Notes: generated from the sequence alone by a model not told the origin. A DNA stretch of 63,535 bases, filler included, from Octopus bimaculoides (GCF_001194135.2; 3 parts of 3 records of this genome joined end to end with filler, not necessarily neighbours in it), one strand, 5' to 3'. Shown: positions 37,889-51,892, numbered from the whole stretch's first letter. Program-made: numbers and translations.

Positions 37889-38059
37889 GGATATCCATAT
37901 ATTCTCAAAATGTATCACATTAACTCGGTATATCAACCTGTAAATCGGCTGGGATATCTTGTTTTTTAGTGTAATTTTGCTACCCCTGGTATTAACGTAT
38001 TCAAATTATCGAAAGTTTTAGTAACTGAGATAATATTAATATACATAAAATAATATATG

Positions 38060-38096
<37 letters not shown>

Positions 38097-38186
38097 AGTG
38101 TGTGTGTGTAAATGTAAAACGTCGGAATCGATGGTCAACACGGCATTGTTGGATAAATAATTTTTTTATGTGTAGATTAAGCCTAA

Positions 38187-38316
38187 CATTGGTTTCATAT
38201 TAAGAAGAGCAGGAGAATATCCAAGTATCTTAACAATTTTTCAAGCCATGTGATCGGCTGGAAAAATTGTTAAGATACTTGGAAATCTACCTACTCTTCT
38301 TAACATGAAACCAATG
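38187..38316. repeat. 130-bp hairpin element
   Basis: CATTGGTTTCATATTAAGAAGAG...TCCAAGTATCTTAACAATTTTTCAAGCC / GGCTGGAAAAATTGTTAAGATACTTGGA...CTCTTCTTAACATGAAACCAATG; 8-nt loop. Confidence 0.85.
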
Positions 38317-39156
38317 GTCTCCTTAGTTCAGAAATGAAGAAAATATGTGTGTATGTGTGTGTATGCTTGTAGCATACATATGCGTACATGTATATATATA
38401 TGCATATTGTATATGTATGTGTACGTATACATACATATATGTACTTATACACCCATATGTATTTGGGGAATATATCTAAGGACTAGCTCAGCGTGAAGAT
38501 CAATTTGTGACGTCGTTCCTTGTTAAAATATCACGTATACAGAACTTTGCTAATTAATGAAAATGACATCAGTGATGAGAAGAAGTGATCATTAACGTAA
38601 TGATCAATTCTAATTAAGAATAGCAGTACACCGTGTGAAAATGCTCCTTAATGTTAAAATCTTGCCTATTACATTCCTTACATCCAATTACAAATTATCC
38701 ATTTGATAAACGGATAATTCAGTACTGTAGTGACAAATAAAATTGTGTGTTTGCGTGTTTGTGTGTGTGCGCACACGCGCGTTTGTGCATGAGCGTGCGC
38801 ATCTGTGTGTGTGTACAGGCGCGTATATACATATGTGTATGTGTGTAAGTGTGTATGCTTGTATCTATGTAACAAACATGGCTTTCGTTATGAAACGGTG
38901 TAGTTCCATTTAACTTTTCCATTCCTTATATTCTCGCATTTTCATACGCATCTATAACAGCTTTAGGTCTTAAACCGTGGTTTGCATGTTGACTGTCAGC
39001 TTATCGAAATTTCGATTGATTTGAATATGGGATGCAATGTACGACCTACAATGATTAATATAGTCTCTTTATTGAATATTGTCCAACTGTTGTCATCTCT
39101 AGAAGCTGTATACATGCTTAAAACTTCCAAACTTCCGACACCAGGAACTTTGTGTC

Positions 39157-39210
<54 letters not shown>

Positions 39211-39476
39211 AGGAGCAAAAATACTGGAGATTCAGTAAACAACAAGTGGTAAAATTATGAGTTGAAAATATGTAAAGAAATATGAAGTAAAATGCCTTCG
39301 CTTCACATAGTTTAATATTTTTTTTAATATGAATATATACATATTATATGGGTGTTGTAAAATCCAACCGGTTTTCGCTATTTGAATTAGCTTTTCAAGG
39401 GTCATTGTATAGTGATTAATGATTAATTCGCATGATGAGGGGGTTTCGCCATCTTGGCTGTTTGAAACTTTTCCTT

Positions 39477-39576
39477 NNNNNNNNNNNNNNNNNNNNNNNN
39501 NNNNNNNNNNNNNNNNNNNNTTAATTAATTAANNNNNNNNNNNNNNNNNNNNNNNNNNNNNNNNNNNNNNNNNNNN
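39477..39576. other. Assembly scaffold linker (44 N + TTAATTAATTAA + 44 N)
   Basis: Same 100-nt structure as 18358-18457. Confidence 0.9.
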
Positions 39577-39842
39577 TGTGTCACGTGTAAACAAATAGAT
39601 ACACGCGGTACACATGTGACAAAAATTCATGTAAAATACTTGCTATAAAATCGTCTTCCAGAAAGTGTCGTGGTTCTGGCAGACGTAGCCATTACAGAAA
39701 CTCTTGTTGCTGTTTAGCCCCAGGTTAGTTCTGATAAAATAGACCAATGATGAATACAATTTACCGTTGACCACACCGTCTTTTCATTAGAGTGATTAAG
39801 ATTACATTAACTAATGCACTTTTTTCTTTCTGATGATAGAGA

Positions 39843-40020
39843 AGGCGGTGAGGTGGCAGAATCTATAGCGCGTTGGACGCAAATCCGAGCTCAGCTTTGC
39901 CTTTTATCTTTACGGGATCGATGGAATAAAGATCGGTCAGGTACTGTGATCGATCAAATCGACTTGCCCTCTCTTCTCAAAATTGCTGGCCTTGCGCCAA
40001 AATTTGAAAGGATTAGTTAA
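39843..40020 (+). mobile_element. SINE family B copy
   Basis: AAGGCGGTGAGGTGGCAGAATC head; GCTGGCCTTGCGCCAAAATTTGAAAGGATTA tail. Confidence 0.8.
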
Positions 40021-40186
40021 GTCGATAAAACAAATTTGGTTGCTGTTTCTTACACGACATGCCAAATATACAACCCACTGCAATGTTTAGTTTGGACCGG
40101 ACATTTCATCTCAAGCTTTTGTATTCATATATTAGAAGATGTGACCTATTTCCCCTTCACCTTGCCTATACATTCTCAGGGAAGCA

Positions 40187-40228
<42 letters not shown>

Positions 40229-40749
40229 TTACAAATTTACCCATGTTTCCTCCAGATATGAACGATATTGAAAGGTTTTTGCAAATGAAACAGTGTAAGC
40301 TTTCTATCAAGTATTAATGTTCTCATGAAATGTACGCATTCAGGTGGACAAATTTTTATATTCTTTCTCTTTCTAATCACTAATTAGAATCCTTGTGTGG
40401 TTTGAGTTTTTCCCATACATCTCTGCGCACACACTTTATTACCTCGGCCTGCATTACTAATTTTAGTTTCTATAGAAAATAATTGCCTTTAACTGTCCTG
40501 TGAAATCTAGTTTATGCTTCAATCCGCCTTGCAAATCCAAAAGTTTGACAGCAGTTAGTGATTGCTGTAGTGGTGGTTAAGAGAATTGTGACTATGAGTG
40601 TACATGTGTCTAAATAATAGTAGTAATGGTGCTGGTAGTGTTGCTAATAGTGGTAGTGGTAATTGTGGCTATTGTTGTTATTGGTGGTGCAATGGCAGTA
40701 AAGGTGACTATTGTTGTCACTTATCACTATTAATGTTCCCCCTTTTTTT

Positions 40750-41960
40750 AAGGCGGCGAGCTGACAGAATATTTAACACGTAGGGCAAAATGCTATGCGG
40801 TAATCCTCCCGTCTCTAAGATCGTCTAAATTCCGTCGAGAATGAATTTATCTTTCGGGGTCGATAAAATAAGTATCAGTTCAGCAATGGAGTCGATGTAA
40901 TCGACTAATCTCTTCCCTTAAAGCTTTGGGCCTTGTTCCTATAGTAACAAGGATTATTGCTGCTGCGAGGTAACGAACTGGCAGTATCGTTAGCGTGCCG
41001 GACAAAGTGCCAAGCGGCATTTCTCCCCCTCTCTCTACTATCCACGTTCAAATTCCACCGAGGTCGACTTTGCCTTTCATCATTTTGGGGTCGCTGAAAT
41101 AATTACAAGTTCTGTACTGGAGGTCGATGTAATCGACTTCCCTTCCTTTCAAACTCGCTAGCCTTCGGCCAAAGTTAAATAAGATTGTTATTGTTGCTTT
41201 CTTTGTTTTTGTTTTATTATTTCAATTTTCTTTTATTGTTGCTATTTTTGTGACTGTCTCTTCTCGTTATTGTAGTTCTTTAACCCCAAGTCAGATCTGA
41301 TCAAATCCACGACTACCTCTCGTTCCCCCCCCCCCCAGCACAGGCCCAGACATGACTGCGTGCCTGGCAGAACCGTTAACATGCCTGGTAAAACGCTTAG
41401 CAACATTTCGTCCGTCTTTACGTTCTGAGTTCAAATTCTGCCGGAGTCAACATTGTCTTTCATCGTTTCGGGGTCGATTAATGAAGTACCAGTCTTAATC
41501 ACTGGGGTCGATGTAGTCGACTAATCTAAACCACCACAAATTTCACGTCTTCTGCCTGTAGTAGAAAGGATTATTTGTACTATCATCAAGGCGGCGGGCT
41601 GGCAAAATCGTTAGAACGCCGGACAAAATGCTTAACGGCATTTCGTCCGTATTCACGTTTCGTCTTTCATTCTTACGGAGGTCGATAAAATAAGTAGCAG
41701 TTGAACTCTGGCATCGATGTAATCGACTTACCCCTCCCCTAAGATTGCTGGCGTTGTACCAAAACTTGAAACCAATATGTGTACTATCATTCAGGTAGCG
41801 AGCTGACCTTGGCAGAATCGTTAGCACGTCAGGTAAAATGCTTTATGATATTTCGTCCGTCTCTACGTTCTGAGTTCAAATTCTGCCCAAGTCGACCATA
41901 TCTTTCATCCTTTCAGGGTCGATAAAATAAGAGGGGTTGTGCCAAACTTTGAAATCATTA
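40750..41960 (+). mobile_element. Head-to-tail cluster of about five SINE family B copies
   Basis: Heads near 40750, 40965, 41362, 41588 and 41790, each followed by GGGGTCGATAAAATAAG-like and ATTATT-tail motifs. Confidence 0.85.
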
Positions 41961-42424
41961 TTTGCTCTATCATTGTTGGGTTAGTTGCTGCTGTTGTTTA
42001 ACCCCAGGTCAGCCCCGACTGATCACCAGATTACTGTGTTAGATGTTATATAGGTTGATCTTATCATTGGTATCTCATTCGGAATTAAGTTAGAATTGCT
42101 CTCATTTTCTCTCGTCATAAATTGTTTTAGTTGCTGTTGTTGTGGTTATAGATCGATATAGATAGTTAGATTGGTAGATCAATAAAAGGATAGATCGATA
42201 AGGATATAAAGAGCGAGCCATAAAATGCATGGCAGTTTTAAAAAGGAAAAGAATCAATGAATTTGTTCCTGTAATAAATACAATTAGCAAATAATTTATT
42301 GGATTAAAAAAAAACTCCTATGCAAATTACGCCGCCACACACACACACACACNNNNNNNNNNNNNNNNNNNNNNNNNNNNNNNNNNNNNNNNNNNNNNNN
42401 NNNNNNNNNNNNNNNNNNNNNNNN

Positions 42425-42466
<42 letters not shown>

Positions 42467-42468
42467 CA

Positions 42469-42503
<35 letters not shown>

Positions 42504-42807
42504 TGATGATGATGATGATAATGATAATAATAATAAACTTGTGAAAAGAATTTTCAATCGAATTCAAAACATTCTAGGAATAACTGACATACCATGACCT
42601 CTATAAACTAAAATGCCCTGAGAATATTATGTATATGTACGTATACACGCGCGTGCACATGCACACACAGCACGCACGCACACAAACACGAATTTACGTA
42701 ATGTTATCTTAATATGTTATGCAATAGACTACATATTTTGGGAATAAACCGCACTATTAAAACATATGTAGTAATGTTTTGAACTATACATTCGTTCTTG
42801 CTTACTA

Positions 42808-42844
<37 letters not shown>

Positions 42845-42929
42845 GTCTGTCTGTCTGTCTGTCTGTCTTTATAGACGTCAAAAAACTCGAATGAGTGCTC
42901 AACACCGCATAGTTGGATAGAAATGAAGT

Positions 42930-42960
<31 letters not shown>

Positions 42961-45544
42961 TGCACACACATACACACACACGCGCACGCACACACACACA
43001 TAGACATACACAAACACATATCCTGAATCTCAACATTATCCATCTTGGTTTTCTCACTTGGTGCGTTTATTCAGCCAATGGTAGGTATAAATGAAACGTC
43101 ACATATCATATTCATTATTGTCACTAGATCACGTGGTAAAAATGTAGATTAGTCCTGGCATATAATTATTTGGATATCGATGAGTAACTTTCTATGTAAA
43201 TTTCTGTAGAGAAAAACAGCTGTTGTAACTTATTGTCTCGTCTTAAGTGTTTTCCAATGCATTTAGGAAGTAAATATAATGAAGTATGTATCACAATTGA
43301 TTCCAAAAGTAAAATATTCTCGAGACGAGACTAACGATTTTTTCATTGCGTAGATTGAAACGCTTCATCTATTGTGCTTAAAATATCGTCTGGTTTTAAT
43401 ACAGTGCGCTATAACGTAAGGACGTTACTATAAATCTTGCAAAGTTTCGGTTATTTGTATGTCAAACGTAACGTATACACACTATTGAATAGGCAAGTTA
43501 TTAGAATATTCGTCCTTTCGTCTTAAGGACGTGTTATTCTAAAAACTATAAATATCTCAGAAAGACGAAAATTCGTTCCGGTAGCGGCCAGCTAGAAGCA
43601 TTTCGGCCCTTTTGAGTCTCTTCGATGACCTGAACTCGCAGTCAACCACATGAGACGGGTGTCATAAGTTATTTAATAGCAATAAAATAAAACACAGCTA
43701 CACGTGTCTAGATAATATAGACTTCCAAATCTCACATCATACCAATACTCCAGGAATATTATATCACTTCGACAGGAAGAATCCAACTAGAGTATTACTC
43801 TAAAGAGGGTCATTTGGTGTAAAATGCCTTTTTAAGGCGCTAATGTACAACGTCATAATAACACTAGCCGGCCTGCGGCTTTAGCAGAAAACACTTGTCC
43901 AAGATGCCACACAATGAGAATGAACCCGAAATCACATGGTTAAAAAGCGAGCTTCTTAACAACACAGCTATGTTAAGTTACAATACTTATTTACTCCTAC
44001 AAAGTTTGTATATTGTTACTTCTCAGTCACTGCACGCTATTATGCATTATTGATATTATGTACCAATATCACATGACCTGGTGTGGCCAATGAAATGTGT
44101 GATGCATCGTGTTAGCTCCACCATTTACATTTACTGTCACCCGATCGACTGCTTCGAGCATAAAACTCAATACTTGTGTCGATAACTAATGTTAATGGAA
44201 CTAATAGTAATATTCGCAATTAATTTATCACGTTAATTAGCCCTCCCGTTTCCTATGCCCTATCCATCACCTGATTTAATATCACTACTTGGCCCTTGGG
44301 CTCCTTTAGTGGAGTCCATTCTGTTGCAAGCATTCGCAGTTAAAGACTCTTTCCTCCTCCCATTCTTCTCTTTCCTCTCTCCTACCATTCTTCAAGATCC
44401 CCTAAAAGATTCATCGATACTGCTCTTCCTTCTGACTTAGCATTAAAGACATTGTTCCTTGACCTGCTAAAAACACCAGTCATATATTCCTTAAAGTTAA
44501 ATATCGAACCTCTTAACAAAAGAAGCCAAATCAACGTCGGATAATGGAGGTGTAGATACGTTTTTGCAAACAGCGATGAATTGGTCACGGTTGGGTTACA
44601 ACTATGATTTGATCTCACCTCACAATTTTGTTGATTTAGTAATCAAACAATGGCATACATCAGTGCTTATAGTAATTGAAGGTGTGTGTTTACATGTGCG
44701 CATCTGTGTGAGTAAGCATATGTGTGCGTGTTCGTGTGTGTATAGGTGTGCGGCTGCGTGTAGGTCTTGGGGTGTGCAATGCGTTTCGTTGTGTTTTTGT
44801 ATCTGTGTATCTACATGTGTCAATGTGTGTATTAGTTTGTGTTTGTGTGTAGTATGTGTTTATGTGTTTGTACGTTTTCGTGCATTTCTCAGTATCTATT
44901 TGTGCTTGTACACACACGTTAATGTATATGTCAGTATGTATGTGTACATGTGAGTGTATGTGCGTTTGCGATCATCTGGATGTCTGTGCGTATGTATGTG
45001 TTTGTGAGTGTGTATTTGAGTTGTGTGTCCGTGTGTATGTGTCTATGTATGTATGCCTGAGTGCATGTGTGCGCGCATGCGTGTATATTTGCACTGCGGA
45101 ATTATTATTTATCCTTGTCATGACAACGTGTGACTTATACACCTGGTTAACAACATAAGTGTGCATTAAAACATAATAAAATCGTGATTTTAATATAACA
45201 AAAAATATTTCCAATAAAAAGCAACAACGAAAACGCAATTAATCATGTAAAACAAACACAAGATATTAATAAATTTTATTTCGTTTATTTTTTTGAAATT
45301 TTCTTGTCACATCATTTATCTTCATTTATCATGTTGTATCATTTCTTTCTCCTTTTGATATTAATTTCTAGTTGCTCATATTATTTATCAAGTTTTCATA
45401 TTCATGGAGGTTAATTGCTGTTCCTGATATGTCACCCATTTATCTGCCAAGGATTCATAAACATAGATATATCAGTGATACATACTGAAGAGTCGCCCAG
45501 CTGCTAGAATTGTTGCCATTTGTATCATACTGAGCCGTGTCTTT

Positions 45545-45750
45545 CATCTTTTATTCGCTTCGGTCATTGGACTGCGGCCATGCTGGGGCACCGCGTTAAA
45601 GAGCTTTAGTCGAAAGAATCAAGTTCAAAACTTGTTTTCTAAAGTTTGGTACTTATTCTATCATCCTCTTTTGCCGCGCCGCTCAGTTTGGGTGGGAAGA
45701 CGCAAAGAAACCTACACCGGTTGTCAAAAATTGGAGAGGAACAAACACAA
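45545..45750 (-). mobile_element. SINE family A tail, diverged
   Basis: GGTCATTGGACTGCGGCCATGCTGGGGCACCG...TACTTATTCTATC...CACCGGTTGTCAA. Confidence 0.8.
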
Positions 45751-46008
45751 GTACAAAGACATACGCACGCACGCACGCACGCACAAAGATACAGACAGAG
45801 AACTGTGAAGGGGAGAGGAAAAGAGATAGGATAAGAGAGGAAAAAACAAGAGGGGGAGAAGGGGAGGTAAAAGAATAAGAGAAAGGAAGAGAGAAAATGA
45901 AAGAGTAATAGGGTAGAATAGAGAATATATATACATATATACATACATATGTGTGTGTATGTACATGTGCATGCATATATTTACATACATACATACATAC
46001 ATACATTT

Positions 46009-46051
<43 letters not shown>

Positions 46052-46564
46052 CATACATACATACATACATACATACACTGAAGATAATTTCTGCAACTGC
46101 ATGATTGACACCCCGCACAATAGAATATTCCCCTCTCACTTCTTGGACAGTAATGTTGACCTCGAAATGGTCACGCGATTGTTGATTGATTTGAGTTGCT
46201 TATCAATTCACTCTAATTTCTGATAAGCAGCCATGTTGTGTCATTTCTCTACCTTCTCCACTCCTCAGGACTGGCTGGTTGCTTTTGTGCCAGCATCACT
46301 CAAACCTACTCAACTCACACATTCCCCCTTCCTGTCGTCCCCCATATTATATGCAATTCCCTTTGCCCCACTTCGCACTGAACACTACTTCCAATCCTTC
46401 TATCCCACCCTCACATTAGAATGTCAACCCACTGGAATCCCCTTTTTAGCAATGTTATTCTTGCTTTTATCAATCTGCAGTACTTGACACATCAACTTCA
46501 TCAATCTAATCAGCCTGTGAAGCTCTGTAAGGGACATGTGTACAGCCTTTCCGTCACTCTAAGA

Positions 46565-46919
46565 CAAGGGCTCTCAACTATTTCCCCCTTATGAAACCCT
46601 TTGACTACTATTTTATTCTGGTGGACCCCGCCACCCATAACCATTCGATGTTTAAAAACTAGTTTTATAGAGACTTCTTTTTAAATTCCTATTTTGTTTT
46701 TTACGCATTCACTTGTGTAGGTTGGACTATGTAAAATGGGGGAGGAAGAAATCTTAATGTTTCTTACAATACATAGCAATACGTACATCTAAAGCAAAAT
46801 TTTTTCAGGAGCCCTTAAAATACAATTGTGGATCCCTAATTTACTATTTTGTTGCGGGGACCTCCAAGAATATTATATGGATCCTCAGGGGTCATATGAA
46901 CCCCGTTTGAGAACCACGG
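46565..46919. mobile_element. hAT-Charlie-like MITE
   Basis: CAAGGGCTCTCAAC / TTGAGAACCACGG termini; decayed 8-bp TSD CTCTAAGA / CTATAAGG. Confidence 0.7.
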
Positions 46920-47020
46920 CTATAAGGTGTTAAAAGCCTTCTTGATATTAATTCTTAACTATGCCTCTAAAACGCTAAAGCGTGTCTTTATTTTATTTTA
47001 ATTTATTTTCATTGCCACAG

Positions 47021-47085
47021 TTGTGTTATTTAGCTTCTGTATCGCTACTATCGTTAGTATAACAGCTTGTGTTTTCTTTCTTCCG
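47021..47085 (+). CDS. Candidate 65-nt internal exon encoding a hydrophobic helix (x)VLFSFCIATIVSITACVFFLP
   Basis: T-rich tract ending CCACAG acceptor (47020); CCG|GTGAGT donor (47086); only one frame is open and it is transmembrane-like. Confidence 0.3.
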
Positions 47086-47336
47086 GTGAGTAGGCAGCAT
47101 TAGTGGTTTTTATCGATTCCGATCTCCACTCCCACTTTTTTCTGCAAGCCCAGCTTTCTTTTGTATTCTCCATTACGGCGGACTATTTTTAACGAAACAG
47201 CCATATATACCTGATGAGAAAGAACACAGTACGGGTACAAGACATATATAATGTTACGTAAGATGCATCCGATGTGTTTTTGAAACACCTGTTGTACTCG
47301 ACTACCTCTTCCACGCTATATATATATATATATATA

Positions 47337-47719
47337 TAAAAGATAATAAGAGTGAAAAAACTACAGAAGGCTTGTGTTACATGGTTAAAGTATATATTTA
47401 AATTATGTCAGAAAAATATTAGAAAAACGTTAGAAAAATGTTATAAAATCTTTTTGGTATATAAACATTGTATTTTGAGAAATAACCGGTTTCGTGTTGT
47501 CTTTTCAAATTTCTCTACTTCATTGACTATATATGAAGTAGAAAAATTTGAAAAGACAACACGAAACCGGTTATTTCTCAAAATACAATGTTTATATACC
47601 AAAAAGATTTTATAACATTTTTCTAACATTTTTCTTACGTTTTTCTGACATAATTTAAATATATACCTTAACCATGTAACACAAGCCTTCTGTAGTTTTT
47701 TCACTCTTATTATCTTTTA
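47337..47719. repeat. 383-bp near-perfect palindromic element
   Basis: About 187-bp arms with few mismatches, 9-nt loop TGACTATAT; mirror-image ORFs 47352+ and 47441- confirm the symmetry. Confidence 0.95.
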
Positions 47720-47755
47720 TACATCCAACCACGTGCTTTCACAGACCAACTTTCT

Positions 47756-47805
<50 letters not shown>

Positions 47806-48132
47806 AGAGGTTAATTAGCAGATAGACAGATATGTAGATAGATAGATATGTATCTACATACATAATTACGTACGCGCATACATAAACATACATATACACA
47901 TAAACGCACAAATACATACATACATAAACACATGTACACATCCATCCATCCACCCATCCGTACTTCCATACATACACACGCACATCTATCCATACATGCA
48001 TGCAAACAAACATACACACGTTTGCATTCTTTCATCCCTGTGAATAGTTTCTCCCTCGCTTCGTTCATATTCCTTCTTTCGTTTCCGTTTATTTATATTT
48101 CAGCCCTAGCTTTCTTTTCTCGTGTCAAGAGT

Positions 48133-48257
48133 CTTCTTCTTCTTCTTCTTCTTCTTCTTCTTCTTCTTCTTCTTCTTCTTCTTCTTCTTCTTCTTCTTCT
48201 TCTTCTTCTTCTTCTTCTTCTTCTTCTTCTTCTTCTTCTTCTTCTTCTTCTTCTTCT
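48133..48257. repeat. (CTT)n microsatellite
   Basis: Direct reading. Confidence 0.95.
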
Positions 48258-49037
48258 TTCTCATTTTCCACCTCTTTTATTCTCTTCTATATATTTGTTA
48301 ATACATTGAGCAATAACAGAAATAGTTTCTTTTTGTTTTTTCTTTTTTGCATTTCCTATGCTGTCATTTGGTGATGATGGCGATGGTAATAATGGCGGCG
48401 ATGGTGGTGATGTCGGCGATTATGACGATGGCAGCGATGGCACCGATGGCAGCGATGACAGAGACGGTACCGATGGTGGTCGGGGTGGTTTACGATATTG
48501 GCGATGGCGTGTAATCATCCTAGTTTATTTAGATATCGTTGAACAAAGACACACAACAGCAGCGTGTCTTCGAATACATTAGCAATATTCTGTAAGAATA
48601 TCCATTCCTGATAATAATTGCCAGGTCGTGTATGGTTTGTGTAGAAAGAACGCCGTTGAGTTTAACTCACACTTTCATTATGCTTCGTTGAACACCGACC
48701 AACCATGTGCAATAGCAGCAGGCAATCCAATGCACACTCTCGCTCTGTGAAGTGTAATAAAGAGGTGACTCATTTCTGCATGATGGAGACTACAAATTAG
48801 TTGAGATTTAGCCACGATCTCGCACTAAGTTGATCAAAATCACGAACAAATGGTGTTTGAATAATTCCGGTTTTACATTTCATTCGGAAGAAATTAAGGA
48901 AGGAAAAAAAAAAGTAGACAGGAAAAACGATCACAAAATAAATAAATAAATGAAACCCTTTGCAGACACCAAAGAAATGTATAGTTTTCAGAGACAAGTT
49001 GTCAAAGATAGAAAATAAGAATTGTGATTTAGATGGT

Positions 49038-49405
<368 letters not shown>

Positions 49406-49429
49406 ATCATCATCATAATTATTATTATT

Positions 49430-49915
49430 ATTAAGCGAGAGAGCAGTGCATGCCATCAAAGTGACACTAGGGTAAAATATACGAAGCCCAGTATACCCAT
49501 CATGACTACCCATCTGATAAGGGTACACCAGGCACATGCATCACAACTACATGTGCAAGACATGGTGATCACATATCAAGATAAACAGCGCATGACCTTG
49601 CAGGTGCGGCCCAGTTAAAAGTTTCTTCAAATCGAGTAGCCCATCTCGCTTATAAGTTCTTGAATTAGGGTTGTTTAAAGATGTTGAACGAAACACCGAT
49701 GTTTCCAGAGGTGGATTATCCAAACCCCAAAGAATTCCTCTCAACACATAGCTATGATGCTCCCCCAGTACTTCTGCTCGTTGTCAGAGATGCGCAAATC
49801 TGTAGTACTGAGCAGAATATTTGCTGTAGCCAAGACAAAACAACGTACATGATAACACTTCCAAAAAGTTATGATCAGAAGCCATGAGAGCCACTGTCTG
49901 GTACTGCGTCAGGAA
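49430..49915 (-). mobile_element. Unclassified retroposon X with (AAT)n tail
   Basis: Reverse complement of 51893-52345; minus strand ends GCACTGCTCTCTCGCTT-AATAATAAT. Confidence 0.8.
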
Positions 49916-49918
49916 ATT

Positions 49919-50022
<104 letters not shown>

Positions 50023-50039
50023 TTATTATTATTATTTAC

Positions 50040-51475
50040 TTTTAATCTGCACGTTTGGTACAATCACTTGCCGAAACACACCCAGCGTCCTAGGGCGAGT
50101 GAAGGATAAGAGATGTTACAGTGTGACTGAATGCTCGTGGAGGGTAAGTGGAAGGGACAGTAGTGAAATATCTTCATGTAATACAACACAGACATTTAAA
50201 TTGATAGGATGTTTCTAAGGATGTGGGCAATACTTGTCAGCGCAATCGTTTGGATTTCTCTGAGACATGGTTCTCCCGGGATATCATCTAGATGTGTTTG
50301 ACATCCCTTTCTTATCATACATAGGGGACCCACACTAACAGGAACATTTCTTGCTTTAAGATGCCACATCTTTTGTATTTCAATTTCCAAGTCCTTATAT
50401 TTACTTAATTTTTAAAATTCCTTTACAGATATATTTTTTATCAGTGGGAACACTTACATCTAATAGTCTACAAGTATTTTCTCCATGTCTTTAATAATTA
50501 TGTATGGTCGATTAACCTGGATCATTCTGTCAGTTTTGACTCGAAAATCCCAGAGGATAGTGACCCACTTACCTTCAACGACTGGCTCAAGATGATGTTC
50601 ATTCCAGTAAGCAGGAATGCTGATTTTGTAGTGTTTACATATTTTCCAATGTAAATACTGTCCTACCATATCGTGGCGGTTTTTGTATTCGTTTGGTGTC
50701 AGCACAGGACATTCCAAAACGAGATGATCTATTGTTTCATCAAATGCATCACAGAATATGCATCTAGGGTCAGAACTATTTTGAAGAACGTCAGCCTGGT
50801 AGGTTTTGGTAAGCAAGGGCTGATCTCGTTCAGCCAATATGAAACCTTCATTCTCTGCTTTCAGTCTTGAACTTCTCAGCCACTGATGGGTTGTTGCTTC
50901 GTCTACATCAACATTTCGACTTCGAAGAATGTACTGTCCATGCAGGAGCTTCTGGCTACACCGTTTCCCAATGTGTTTCTGCCCGTCCTGTTTTAGCAGT
51001 CTGTTTGAGCCGTTTTGCTTATCAGCTGGCAGTGGTTTCAGGTTCTTCATCTAATTCAGGGTTAATGCCAAGTTCCTTGCGAATTTGCAAGCTTCCTTGA
51101 CAATAGAATGTAACTTTTCACTGCTTTCATGTTTGCACACAAGCCGCAGCATCCAGTCCTCTGTACTAGATAAGTACCTGTTCATTCTTATTGTGGAGGT
51201 ATTATAGCACAGTTCTGCCTGCATCATTTCTCTTCCCCTATTACTTCTAGCTAGGTACAGACAATCAACGTCTGCTTTTGGGTGGTGCATGTACTTAGAT
51301 GTTAGTAGTTTTGTTGTCTTCCTGTCCAGGCGTTGGAACTCAGTAGGATTCCAGTTAATTATGTTAAAACTGTACTGGACTACTGGAAGTGCCAGGGTGT
51401 TAATGGCTTCGATGCAATTTTTCGAGTAGAGCTCAGTTTTCAGTATGAGTCTTATTCTCCTGTATTATTTTCCTT
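50040..51475 (-). mobile_element. R4/Dong-like 3' half (post-RT, CCHC knuckle, RLE, 3' UTR)
   Basis: MHHPKADVDCLYLAR...HQWL...EGFILA..DQ...CIFCDAFDETIDHLVLECP...RHD..GQYLHW...ILWDF...NRPYIII...KYKDLEIEI; ends in an (AAT)n/(TAG)n array. Confidence 0.92.
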
Positions 51476-51477
51476 AT

Positions 51478-51890
51478 CATCACTTTTCAATTGTTTCCAT
51501 CTCTTGCCGAGTGTCTTCCTGACACCCAGGGCAGAGGAACGCACTGTATACATTGGTAGGCCATTAAAATAAACACACCAGATTGTTCATTTACAAAGTT
51601 ATGTGATAGAGGAAAAGGGGGAAGACAGAGAGAAAAAGGAAAAAAAAATTTTAAATAGAAAAGTGAACAAAAAAAATATAAAGGGGAAAAAGGGAAAGAA
51701 AATTTACAGCGACAATGCTCTTCTCAGTACGTGTGACGTACCTGGTAAGACAATCTTTTGCACTTCTCGCATGGATGGTAAGCCAAGAGTCATTCTTAAA
51801 TAATTTTCAGTTCATTTTTGATCATTCCAAGTGCTTCTACAATCACTAGTATTGTAACCGTCTTGAGATGCCGCATCTTTTCGATTTCGA
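51478..51890 (-). mobile_element. Second R4/Dong-like 3' end with 3' UTR
   Basis: EIEKMRHLKTVTILVIVEALGMIK...VQKIVLPGTSHVLRRALSL*, then UTR; the UTR boundary is approximate. Confidence 0.75.
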
Positions 51891-51892
51891 TT

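Noticed and set aside
40750-41960. CRISPR-like repeat/spacer array
   Set aside because: Units are about 200-bp SINE copies in eukaryotic DNA; no short identical repeats and no cas genes
48358-48582. Gly/Asp-rich ORF
   Set aside because: Derived from degenerate (GAT/GGC)n; no credible splice sites
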